The position numbers were made by a program, and so were the translations under genes. DNA of 31,354 bases from the IMG/VR virus record IMGVR_UViG_2802429225_000007, positions 1 through 31,354 of that record; one strand, given 5' to 3'. Positions within the stretch are counted from its first letter, which is position 1. Each line of letters opens with the position of its first letter. The notes below the pieces were generated by a model. The model worked only from the letters and a program-made list of their open reading frames with translations. It was not told the origin of the DNA and searched no databases. Positions 19,100-27,954 of the stretch are shown piece by piece. This DNA comes from a virus (Duplodnaviria > Heunggongvirae > Uroviricota > Caudoviricetes).

Positions 19100-19762
19100 C
19101 TATTGTTCTATTTTAATTTTATTTAACGTTATAGGGGCTGGGTTATAGCTAGGTATATATAATATCTCACTCCCTAGCTTGCGCTCTTTTATATTCACTT
19201 CTTTAGCGACAAGGTTACCGTCATACAACCTAATAATCACGTAGTCTTTAGATTGATCATGAAAGTAACTAAATTCTTTTTTTAATGACGCTTGTTGTAA
19301 ACCAATTAAGAAACTAAATGTCATTATGGCAATAAGGGGAAGGGTTGCGGACCAAATTAAATAACTTGGATTACGTTTATGATTTTTAACAATTTTGTGT
19401 ATAATATAAGTAACTGTTGCTATCGATAAACTTAAAACGAAAAAACCACCATATTCAGTCTTATGTCTATAAGACTGAACAATAAAAACAATCATGATAA
19501 AAACTGTAACTGCAGTAACTTTAACTGCTTTTACTTTACTTTCAGGCCATGGAGTAAAAAACATCAACATAACACAAATTATATTAAAAAATAAATATGA
19601 CATACCCACGAATAAAAATTTAGAATCTAACGTTATAAACTCCATAGGATAATCAAAATGATATGCATAGCCATATTCAAATGAAATTGCAGACATATAA
19701 GATAGAACAGTTATTGCCAATATTAGCAAGGCTTCCTTGCTTTTTATAAAGTCAATTATCAT
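19100..19762 (-). CDS. polytopic membrane protein, AT-rich cargo gene
   Basis: 220 aa with ~5 hydrophobic helices and a soluble C-terminal tail; very AT-rich; weak RBS. Confidence 0.55.
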   Translation of the reverse strand: MIIDFIKSKEALLILAITVLSYMSAISFEYGYAYHFDYPMEFITLDSKFLFVGMSYLFFNIICVMLMFFTPWPESKVKAVKVTAVTVFIMIVFIVQSYRHKTEYGGFFVLSLSIATVTYIIHKIVKNHKRNPSYLIWSATLPLIAIMTFSFLIGLQQASLKKEFSYFHDQSKDYVIIRLYDGNLVAKEVNIKERKLGSEILYIPSYNPAPITLNKIKIEQ

Positions 19763-20086
19763 GATATTTGTTTTTTAATGAATAAAATAATCACTTACCA
19801 GACAGTTAATCTTCTTAATTGTCATTGTGTTCAGTGAACCCCGAATTTTTCTCAGTTCTTCTGAAGAAGTCCTCATGTATATGATAACAACCAAAAAAAT
19901 TTTTTTCACTAATTATACTAAAATCTATGAAGAATCAGCAGTGTGAAGCAGGGAGAATCTCTAACAAGAGACGCCGTCATTTTGTAAATTTCCCGGCAAA
20001 CCAGATCATCTGCTTTTAGACATAGGATTCAATGTGCTATTACGGCGAGCTGTTCCCACAGATTGATGGAGATAGATGTTAGCAAT

Positions 20087-20157
20087 GCCCGCTTTTGGTA
20101 CGAAGCGGGCAAGCTAACTGAGTTGAAAGTTCGCTGTGAGCGAGGAGCGGAAGTTCG
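20087..20157 (+). repeat. ~60-bp palindromic intergenic element, copy C
   Basis: hairpin GCCCGCTT-ttggtac-GAAGCGGGC plus identical 3' core CGCTGTGAGCGAGGAGCGGAAGTT. Confidence 0.6.
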
Positions 20158-20240
20158 TAATTGTTCTCGCAACTAGGGTAGCTAAAAGACACGGCAGGCA
20201 AATGTCTACATGTAGGATACACTTGCTATTATCAAGAATT

Positions 20241-21019
20241 TTAGTCCTGAAGCATTTTAACTTTCTTCTCATGTTTTTTATATTCGCCATTTATCCATTC
20301 AGGTTCTTCCCGAATAGCTGAGCGCATACAGTATGTTGGGATATCATTCCAGAAAGCTGTAATCGCATCTGCAAACTCTATAAACTGTGTTTCTGTAACC
20401 TCAAGTTGCTCATGACGTAGACTAAATCTGTAGCCTCTTGGAATATTGATATCCTGATAATACTCAGGATGCGCGACGGAAAGCACCCGATGGGCATGGC
20501 CATCACCGTGCTTATAAACATTAACCACTTGGCGACAGGCATCGATTTTTTCGTAATAAGCCTTGCTGGTGATATCCATCCCAATCCATTCTAGAATTTC
20601 AATTAGCCTTGGGAAGCTAATGTCCCAGATCATCGATGTTATGGATTTAGCGTCGAGCCAATGGCTGAATTCTCTGATACACTTCTCTCGAAGTTCCTTG
20701 TCGAACTGATGAAACATTCCTGCTGTCAGAGCAAGGGAAACCGTATTTTTCATATCACTGAGAGCAATCCAATGTGAAATTCCTTCATCATGAGCCTGTT
20801 CACAGATAGCCCCTTCGTCGTCATAATCGGGGTCAAAACGCTTACCGGCGGCCTCATAGTAATCTTGTTCTCTCTGCCTGGCTTCAGCTTCAAGATCAGA
20901 ATCGCTAAACTGCGAAAATAGACGCTTTCTGGCTTCAGCAACATAAAAATTGTGTTTGTCGAGGAAGTAAGACCGATCAATGGTTGCAAAATAAAAAGTG
21001 AAAAATCTTTGTTGCTCAT
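20241..21019 (-). CDS. hypothetical cargo protein (~259 aa if corrected); frame interrupted by a 1-nt deletion in a T5 run near the 5' end
   Basis: ATG 21019 with GAGGGAG RBS; after MSNKD the plausible frame is -1 (…FFTFYFATIDRSYFLDK… continuing in frame into the 170-aa track ORF 20241-20753); A5 run at 21001-21005 on the plus strand. Confidence 0.5.
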
Positions 21020-21424
21020 GGGGATCTCCCTCGTTTTGTCAGTTGTACAAGCCCCTGGAAGTAGGCTACTAATAAAGAAAAAATTACCTTTGAATAACTG
21101 TGCAAGATAGCAGTACGCCTAAAAGTAGTGCAAGTATCCCAACCAGGATAACGATGCGTTTTCAAATATCTGACTTAACGCTTGCGATATCCGCTCTGGC
21201 AACAAAGTGGACTGTCAGATTAAATTTGTCTTCACGCCATAGATGTGTCAGCTCATATCTTATCTAATACACACAAGATTCTCTCATTCTTAGAGAATTA
21301 ATCTTTTAAGGGTGGGTGTTGACGTTAGAACAAAAGAATAGATATTTTTGAAGCATATAATATGAGCTATAACCATAGAACGCATATAAAAGCTTACGGT
21401 GTGGTCTTATAATTTGGCACAAAT

Positions 21425-21449
21425 GATTTACTAACCTGCTTCGGCGGGG
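21425..21449 (+). terminator. candidate intrinsic terminator (UUCG-loop hairpin plus T-run)
   Basis: CCTGC-ttcg-GCGGG followed by GCTTCTTTTTT. Confidence 0.3.
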
Positions 21450-21528
21450 CTTCTTTTTTATAGACTTCACGATGTGAAAACGAATAATAAACTGTGCAAA
21501 TAATGCAGTTTTATTATTCGAGGTAATT

Positions 21529-22170
21529 ATGAAAACCTTCTATGAGGGCTGGCCTGAAACTTTCGTTAGCCGGTTAGATATGTTACGAGCTCTGGATGAT
21601 CGCGGCTCGACCCGGAGGCTCTATCTTGAGCGGACCGGGGCAATATTTGACGCTCTGGCAGAAGAGATACGTACAGCCGTTACCAGTCATCCTGAAATCG
21701 ACGCGAGTGAACTTGATATCGGGCCGCTGTATCGCTATTACAAACATGGTGGAAAGGGGAATCCGCTGGCTGACTTACTTATTGAGTTAGCTCCACCAAC
21801 CTGTGAACGGGTTCGTATATCTTCTGAAGTGTACACAATTCCGTATCTTTTTTTTGCACTGTTGATAGCGCAAGGCGCTGACAACGATGCCCGCGATTTT
21901 TTCAATATGATGATGCGATCGTTGATCATCGCCTACCGTTTCAAACAACTGGCGCGCTACCTTGGCACGAAGGGCGGAGGACGACCACAGCACAGATTAA
22001 AAAGCGAAGCCATTGAACTGGCTGATCGTTTTTTTACTGAAAACCCGACAGCGCCATTATCGCGTGGTGTGCAATACATATCCGGTATTTTTGTGGTGAA
22101 ATACTCTGACCCACCTGCAGCGTCGACGATTAGAAAATGGTTAATTTCAATTTACAGGAATGATAAATAA
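21529..22170 (+). CDS. hypothetical protein
   Basis: 213-aa ORF, backbone-like GC content, no recognised motif. Confidence 0.5.
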   Translation: MKTFYEGWPETFVSRLDMLRALDDRGSTRRLYLERTGAIFDALAEEIRTAVTSHPEIDASELDIGPLYRYYKHGGKGNPLADLLIELAPPTCERVRISSEVYTIPYLFFALLIAQGADNDARDFFNMMMRSLIIAYRFKQLARYLGTKGGGRPQHRLKSEAIELADRFFTENPTAPLSRGVQYISGIFVVKYSDPPAASTIRKWLISIYRNDK

Positions 22171-22281
22171 TGACCATAAACGGTTTAATCCCCTATAAAA
22201 CCGTTTAGTAAAATTCACGACGTGAATATAATTGTTCATTATTCCCTCATTGTATTTGGCGTTATGACAAATGCCATAAAA

Positions 22282-22301
22282 TACTGTATAAATGTACAGG
22301 T
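22282..22301 (+). promoter_or_regulatory. LexA (SOS) box-like operator upstream of a small ORF
   Basis: TACTGTATAAATGTACAGGT: CTGT-N8-ACAG core intact, ~16/20 to consensus; sits ~20 nt upstream of ATG 22322. Confidence 0.55.
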
Positions 22302-22321
22302 AATGGCGTTAGGGGGAAGAC

Positions 22322-22501
22322 ATGAATATTCAAGAATCTATAGGCGAACTACCGGAAACATGCCGGGCTGTTATCAAGCGTAAGGACGGACACATCGTTG
22401 GTGTGCGTGTTCTGACCGATGATGAACGGATTGCCAGCCTGATGGCGTTTCTCGAGTTGGCAGAAATAGCTGGATATACTATTACACCCCCTGACGCGTA
22501 A
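22322..22501 (+). CDS. small SOS-controlled protein, candidate antirepressor
   Basis: 59-aa ORF (MNIQESIGELPETCRAVIKRKDGHIVGVRVLTDDERIASLMAFLELAEIAGYTITPPDA) with GGGGGAAG RBS; below the track's 60-aa cutoff. Confidence 0.45.
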   Translation: MNIQESIGELPETCRAVIKRKDGHIVGVRVLTDDERIASLMAFLELAEIAGYTITPPDA

Positions 22502-22578
22502 AACACGGTATAATACTGGTGCTGGATTGAACACCCGGCACCATTTTCTGAACACTGCCGCGCCACCTGGAGTTAACC

Positions 22579-23175
22579 ATGGCGCAGCATTCATTTATCA
22601 GGGTATCCGGCGGTTCGCTAATACCCGCGACACCAGACACGCAACGCTGGTTGACTGAACGAGTCAAACCAGGTGCTGTTGTGTATGCAGATTTCAAACA
22701 GGCGCGTAATCCCGCGTTTCATCGTAAATTTTTCTCACTTCTCAACTTGGGCTTTGATTACTGGCATCCGTCCGGAGGGGCTATTTCTCCTGCGGAGCGC
22801 GAACTGGTTCACGGCTACGTTAAGTTACTGGCGTATTACGGTGGACACGGTGATGTCATGGCAGAGCTGGCTGATCAGTATCTTCTCGATGAGTCGGAAA
22901 AGCGCGCGGGGAATATCAGTGCGGTGAAGTCGTTCGAGGCGTTTCGCGCCTGGGCGATTATGGAAGCTGGGTTTTATGACGTTCATCAGATGCCAGATGG
23001 CAGTTTGATGCGCGTACCTCGTTCAATCTCGTTTGCTGCGATGGACGATCTTGAGTTCGGTCAACTGTATTCAGCCGTTTTAGATGTGCTGTGGAATTAT
23101 ATTTTGTTCCGCACGTTTGCCTCTCAGGAGGCCGCTGAAAATGCTGCCGCGCAGCTGCTGGATTACACATCATGA
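22579..23175 (+). CDS. conserved lambdoid nin-region protein (DUF-type), putative
   Basis: 198-aa ORF in the block preceding the Q-like gene; family from memory only. Confidence 0.45.
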   Translation: MAQHSFIRVSGGSLIPATPDTQRWLTERVKPGAVVYADFKQARNPAFHRKFFSLLNLGFDYWHPSGGAISPAERELVHGYVKLLAYYGGHGDVMAELADQYLLDESEKRAGNISAVKSFEAFRAWAIMEAGFYDVHQMPDGSLMRVPRSISFAAMDDLEFGQLYSAVLDVLWNYILFRTFASQEAAENAAAQLLDYTS

Positions 23176-23465
23176 AAAAAATCGATCTGAGAAAAGCTGC
23201 ACGTGGTCGCGCTTGTACTGTGCGTATCCCCGGTGTGTGCAATCACAATCCTGAAACCAGCGTACTGGCTCATTATCGTCTCGCCGGAACGTGCGGCACA
23301 GCCATCAAACCTCACGATATGCAGGGTGCTATCGCCTGCAGTGCGTGTCACGATGCCATCGACGGACGTACAAAAACGGATTACGAGCACGACTCATTGT
23401 TGTTGATGCACGCTGAGGGAGTTTTCAGAACACTGGCTATCTGGCGCGATGAGGAGTTTATCTGA
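23172..23465 (+). CDS. small Cys-rich (zinc-binding-like) nin-region protein
   Basis: 97 aa with CxxxxxxC...C...CxxC pattern; overlapping start/stop with neighbours. Confidence 0.45.
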   Translation: MKKIDLRKAARGRACTVRIPGVCNHNPETSVLAHYRLAGTCGTAIKPHDMQGAIACSACHDAIDGRTKTDYEHDSLLLMHAEGVFRTLAIWRDEEFI

Positions 23466-24136
23466 TGAGTAACGAGTATTTATTGGAATATACCCGCACA
23501 AAACTGCGCGCTGCATTGCGGGATTTGTCTGGTGGTTCTAAGGGGCAACTGGAAGCATTGTGTGAGCACCCGCCGGCAGATAAAAACGCATACCCACGCA
23601 AACATATTCATCGTGTGCAACTGGAGGACCGAACCGTTGATGCTCTGGTTACGCCAGTTTATGCTCTGGAAAGTTTCAGCAGACGTCGCCCCGCGCCGCC
23701 GATGAATGATTTTGAATTCGCTGATTCATCGTGGCGCCGCGCCGTGAACTCGCTCGACGTTAGTCAGCAGGCGTGGTTGCGCTATTGCTACGGTGGTAAC
23801 CTGGCGTTCAAACACCAAACAGCTATTTGTGAGGCTGTCTGGAGTCGCTATAAAGGAAACATCCCCGCGTCAACTCAGAGAAAAATAGTCAAGCGCCTGC
23901 TTTCGTTGGTGTGGTTGTCCGTGCAGGCGGTTGCAGCAGCAAATAAACGCGAGGATTTTAAGGAGATGGCCGGATCTGCGCTAGCTGGAATGCTGTCGGT
24001 TTCTCGTTCCACCTGGTGCGAAACATACTCCCCGCACTGGGTAGGAATGAAAGAGGCGGTGAGAGCACTTGATGAAGTGGCACTTCTTGCAACTTTGCAT
24101 CATTATCAGAACCATTTAGACGACGTTTGCGTATAA
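23465..24136 (+). CDS. late-gene antitermination protein Q-like, putative
   Basis: 223-aa ORF immediately upstream of a promoter plus short terminator and the lysis genes; assignment mainly positional. Confidence 0.5.
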   Translation: MSNEYLLEYTRTKLRAALRDLSGGSKGQLEALCEHPPADKNAYPRKHIHRVQLEDRTVDALVTPVYALESFSRRRPAPPMNDFEFADSSWRRAVNSLDVSQQAWLRYCYGGNLAFKHQTAICEAVWSRYKGNIPASTQRKIVKRLLSLVWLSVQAVAAANKREDFKEMAGSALAGMLSVSRSTWCETYSPHWVGMKEAVRALDEVALLATLHHYQNHLDDVCV

Positions 24137-24204
24137 TGCTTGCAAAACCGAACAAAATAGGCCATATTTAACGCTAATTTGGTATGTTGCCAAATATCTA
24201 AGAA

Positions 24205-24231
24205 CCTCGCCACGGCGGGGTTTTGTCGTTT
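24205..24231 (+). terminator. candidate tR'-like terminator downstream of the late promoter
   Basis: GC-rich hairpin CTCGCC...GGCGGG followed by TTTTGTCGTTT; candidate promoter TTGCAA / CATATT at ~24139-24170. Confidence 0.4.
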
Positions 24232-24248
24232 CTGAATCAGGAAAAATC

Positions 24249-24632
24249 ATGTCTGAACCTCTAACCGCTGGCGTTGCTGCTGGCTCGGCGGGGGTGACGT
24301 TTGCTGCGTTATTTCCTGAGGCAACACCTGCAGTGATGATCTGTGCGCTGGCAGGCGCAGCTCTCTATGTGTCGTCGTCCGGGCAGCATCGATTCTGGAA
24401 GCAGGTTATTTTCGCACTCATTTCGTTTGTTGGCGGTGTGTATTGCGCTGAGACAGCATCAGCCATCATTACCGGTATTCTGAATGCGATGCTGAGTCAC
24501 CTGAACCCTCCCGTAACAGTAAAAGTCTCTCCCGCCATTGGTGCACTGGTTGCATCAGTAATCAGCGTTACATCACTGTTGCGGATCATGTCACAAGCTC
24601 GTTTATGGAAATCAGATAAGGGGATGAAATAA
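24249..24632 (+). CDS. holin-like membrane protein
   Basis: 127 aa, multiple hydrophobic helices, charged C-terminus; first gene after the late promoter. Confidence 0.5.
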   Translation: MSEPLTAGVAAGSAGVTFAALFPEATPAVMICALAGAALYVSSSGQHRFWKQVIFALISFVGGVYCAETASAIITGILNAMLSHLNPPVTVKVSPAIGALVASVISVTSLLRIMSQARLWKSDKGMK

Positions 24633-24904
24633 TGACCCTGCACTCTGTCCTCATCAATGCCAATGCAATTATCTGTCTGATGCTGGCACTGCGGTTGATG
24701 TTTTTTCAAAAAACAGGCCGCTATCGTTTTTTTATCTCACTAACTGCTTACCTGGCGATTCTGTCTGCTGCGTGGATAGCCCTACGAATTTTTTACGGGA
24801 AATATACGCAGGTTGATCCCGCAGAGTTCTTTCTCAACCTCACCATCTGTATTGCTGTCTGGCGGGCACGAGGAAATATTTCAAAAATAACAGGAGACAG
24901 GTAA
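24632..24904 (+). CDS. second small membrane protein of the lysis cassette (holin/antiholin-like)
   Basis: 90 aa, ~3 TM helices; ATGA overlap with the upstream gene. Confidence 0.45.
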   Translation: MTLHSVLINANAIICLMLALRLMFFQKTGRYRFFISLTAYLAILSAAWIALRIFYGKYTQVDPAEFFLNLTICIAVWRARGNISKITGDR

Positions 24905-25383
24905 TGACCGATCCTAAATGGCTAATTGAGGCACGAAAAAATCTCGGCATCCGGGAAATGAAAGGGAAGCAACATGCTGCAGAAATTGTGCAGTACTGGA
25001 AAGATATCAAACGCGGCGGCATTAAGGATGACGAAACACCATGGTGCGCCGCCTTCACCGGAGCAATGCTGGAACGTGTTGGTATTCGCTCAACGCGTTT
25101 TGAGTCTGCGAATTCTTATCTCGATTGGGGTAATGAACTGAAGGAACCTGCCTATGGATGCATTGCTATTCTGTCTCGGTCTGGCGGTGGCCACGTTGGT
25201 TTTGTTGTCGGGAAAAATGCCGCCGGGGATTTAATGATTTTGGGGGGCAACCAGGCAGATGAAGTAAATATCAAAGCTTTTCCTCGTTCCCGCGTAACAG
25301 GCTACCGCTGGCCAGCAGGTCAAACGGATGTTCCACAATCACTTCCATTCGTGAATGCTGAGAAATCTATCTCAGAAGCGTAG
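24904..25383 (+). CDS. endolysin, Cys/His peptidase-type peptidoglycan hydrolase (NlpC/P60-CHAP-like), putative
   Basis: conserved Cys (ETPWCAAFTGAM) and His (GGGHVGFVVG) context typical of small phage peptidoglycan hydrolases; position after the holins. Confidence 0.55.
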   Translation: MTDPKWLIEARKNLGIREMKGKQHAAEIVQYWKDIKRGGIKDDETPWCAAFTGAMLERVGIRSTRFESANSYLDWGNELKEPAYGCIAILSRSGGGHVGFVVGKNAAGDLMILGGNQADEVNIKAFPRSRVTGYRWPAGQTDVPQSLPFVNAEKSISEA

Positions 25384-25576
25384 GTAGCACGGAGCTAAGG
25401 GTTATTGTGGGTAATGAAGTAGTTATTTATGAACGTTCCGATTTTAGTCGATGGAATGGATCGCATTATCGCGTTGCAATTGCTGAGGGGCTAGTGGGTT
25501 GATTCCTCAAACGAACGAAGAAATGAATTATCAATCCATCTAAAGCCCCTCCAGCTTTGAAGGTTGCTAGTGGTGA

Positions 25577-25870
25577 CTAGTAGCCCGGATAGAGGTTTTC
25601 GAAAATGTGCAAGGGATGTTTTGTACGAGCATAATCAGCAAGGATTTGGTTTGTTAAAGGCGTCTTGAGTGTTGTGGGTTCTCTTAAGAGATCGATGGCA
25701 TCAAGACGCCTGTGCGCATCGCCTTCCAAGTAATTTATCGTAATGGCCGTGATTAAAAAATCATTGCAAAAACCACCGCAATGAATTTTCCAGCACGTAT
25801 CGTGATTTGTCCACGTGGCATCAGAGCCGCATACAGGGCAATTTTTTGATTCCTGCAAACCAATAACCAT
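25577..25870 (-). CDS. Cys-rich hypothetical protein, opposite strand to late genes
   Basis: 97-aa ORF with CPVCG...C..HCGGFC zinc-finger-like pattern. Confidence 0.35.
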   Translation of the reverse strand: MVIGLQESKNCPVCGSDATWTNHDTCWKIHCGGFCNDFLITAITINYLEGDAHRRLDAIDLLREPTTLKTPLTNQILADYARTKHPLHIFENLYPGY

Positions 25871-25952
25871 AGAGCATTTCTCTTAATTGAATGTTCGAGT
25901 TAAAAGCATAGACGACACCTGTGCACCATGAGAATACAGTAGGATTTAATTA

Positions 25953-26556
25953 TATGAGCAAAGCGGACTGGGAGGCCATCGAGACGGCATACCGGGCCGG
26001 AGTGATGTCCCTTCGAGAAATAGCATCACAAAACGGTATTAGCGAAGGCGCTATTCGTAAGCGGGCCAAGCGTGACGACTGGTCGCGTGACCTGAATGCG
26101 AAGGTGAAAGAACGCGCTGACGATCTGGTACGCAAAGCAGAGGTACGCAAACAGGTACGCAGCGAAGTTACTTTTAACGAACGCGTACTCATCGAGGCTA
26201 CCGCCGAGATAATCGCCAATGTTCGCATGGAACATCGCGGCGACATCAAGCGAGCCAGGCAGATAACCAATGCCCTGTTTGATGAGCTTGGTGCTGAGGG
26301 CGCAGACGTAGCTGCACTGGAGAAGCTCGGAGAGTTGATGCTTGACTCTGACGATAAAGGCCAGGACAAACTCAATGAGATCTACCGCAAGGTTATCAGC
26401 ATGCCGGAGCGTGTTAAGTCGCTAAAAGCACTGAGCGACGCGCTGAAGAACCTGGTCGGACTTGAACGCCAGGCCTACGATATCGACGGGCCAGAAGGCG
26501 ACAACTCTGTTAAGCAACTGTCTGACCTGATGGATTCACTGTCTCAGGGGGCGTAA
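25953..26556 (+). CDS. terminase small subunit
   Basis: HTH-like N-terminus (MSLREIASQNGISEGAIRKRAKRDDW); AGGA RBS before ATG 25953; ATGA overlap with the large-subunit gene. Confidence 0.6.
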
Positions 26557-27940
26557 TGAAACCTGAGCACCTTAAGTTGCTGTCCGATAAAAACTGGCGG
26601 CTGAACAATCTCTACTGGATCACCGACAAAGAGGGTAAGCCGACGCGGTTCAGGATGACACCTGAGCAGCGGGAATACTTCGAGGGGATCCACACCCGCA
26701 ACATCATTCTTAAGGCTCGTCAGCTCGGATTCACGACCGAGGTGTGCATCATCCAGCTCGATGCAGCGCTGTTCGAGTCGGCAAAGTGCGCGCTTATTGC
26801 CCACACGCTGAATGACGCAAAACGCCTGTTCCGTGAAAAGGTGAAGTACGCATACGACAAGCTGCCAGCAGAGATAACGGCGGCCAACCCGGCGAGCAAT
26901 GATTCTTCCGGAGAGCTCGTCTTTAAGAAGGGCGGATCACTCTACGTCAGTACGTCATTTCGTGGCGGTACGCTGCGTTACCTGCACGTTTCCGAGTTCG
27001 GGAAGATATGCGCCAAGTATCCTGACAAAGCCCGTGAAATTGTCACTGGTGCGTTTGAGGCAGTGTCAACCGGATGCTTTGCGACTATTGAGAGCACGGC
27101 GGAAGGGCGGGCGGGGTATTTCTTCGATTACTGCCAGACGGCAGAGAAGGCGCTGCTGCAGGGCAAAGCACAGTCTCCGCTGGACTGGAAGTTTTTCTTC
27201 TTCCCCTGGTGGAAGAACCCACAGTACGCAATCGACCCGGTGGAATCGCTGCCGGTGCGCCTGCTTGAGTATTTCGCTGAAATGGAGGCGAAGCACGGTG
27301 TAGTCGTCAACGAACGTCAGCAAGCTTGGTACTACGCCAAGCAATTCCGCTGGCTCTATACTAACAAGCGTATCGGACATATCCCGGATAACTCACACCT
27401 GCCGGTACACACATTCTGGGATATAGGCGTAGGTGACTCCACGGCTATCTGGTTCGTTCGCGAGGTTGGTGAAGAGTTCCACATCATCGACTACTACGAA
27501 AACTCTGGCGAGGGGCTGAGGCACTAAAGGTGCTAAAAGACCGAGGCTACGAGTATGGCGAGCATTGGGGGCCGCACGATATCGAGAACCGCGAGTTTGC
27601 TGCTGATGCGAAGTCACGTAAGGAGCTGGCGCGCGAGGGTTACGAAATAGACGGTCAGAACTATTCCCTTGAATTCAACGTAGTGCCAAAAACCAGCGTC
27701 GACACTGGTATTGAATCAGTTCGTGAAGTGCTCCTATTTTGCATTTTCGACGAAGAGAAGTGTGCTGTTGGCATATCTCACCTTGAAGGTTACCGCAAAG
27801 AGTGGGACGACAAGCGAGGCTGCTGGAAAGATAAACCGCTTCATGACTTTACATCTCACGGCGCTGATGGCTTTCGTTACTTTGCCGTCGCAAAAAATAA
27901 CAAGATTGCTCATCAGGGCATGCTGGTCCGTTCCCGCTAA
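26556..27940 (+). CDS. terminase large subunit, reading frame interrupted (-1) at a G4 run 27512-27515
   Basis: Walker-A-like KARQLGFTTE; track ORFs 26556-27527 and 27530-27940 are contiguous parts; one extra G restores ...EGAEALKVLKDRGYEYGEHW... Confidence 0.7.
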
Positions 27941-27954
27941 TTTCTGGAGTACCC

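Noticed and set aside
17186-20157. Possible CRISPR array suggested by the repeated elements
   Set aside because: Copies are ~60 bp, imperfect, internally palindromic and 1.2-1.7 kb apart with whole genes between them; there are no short uniform spacers
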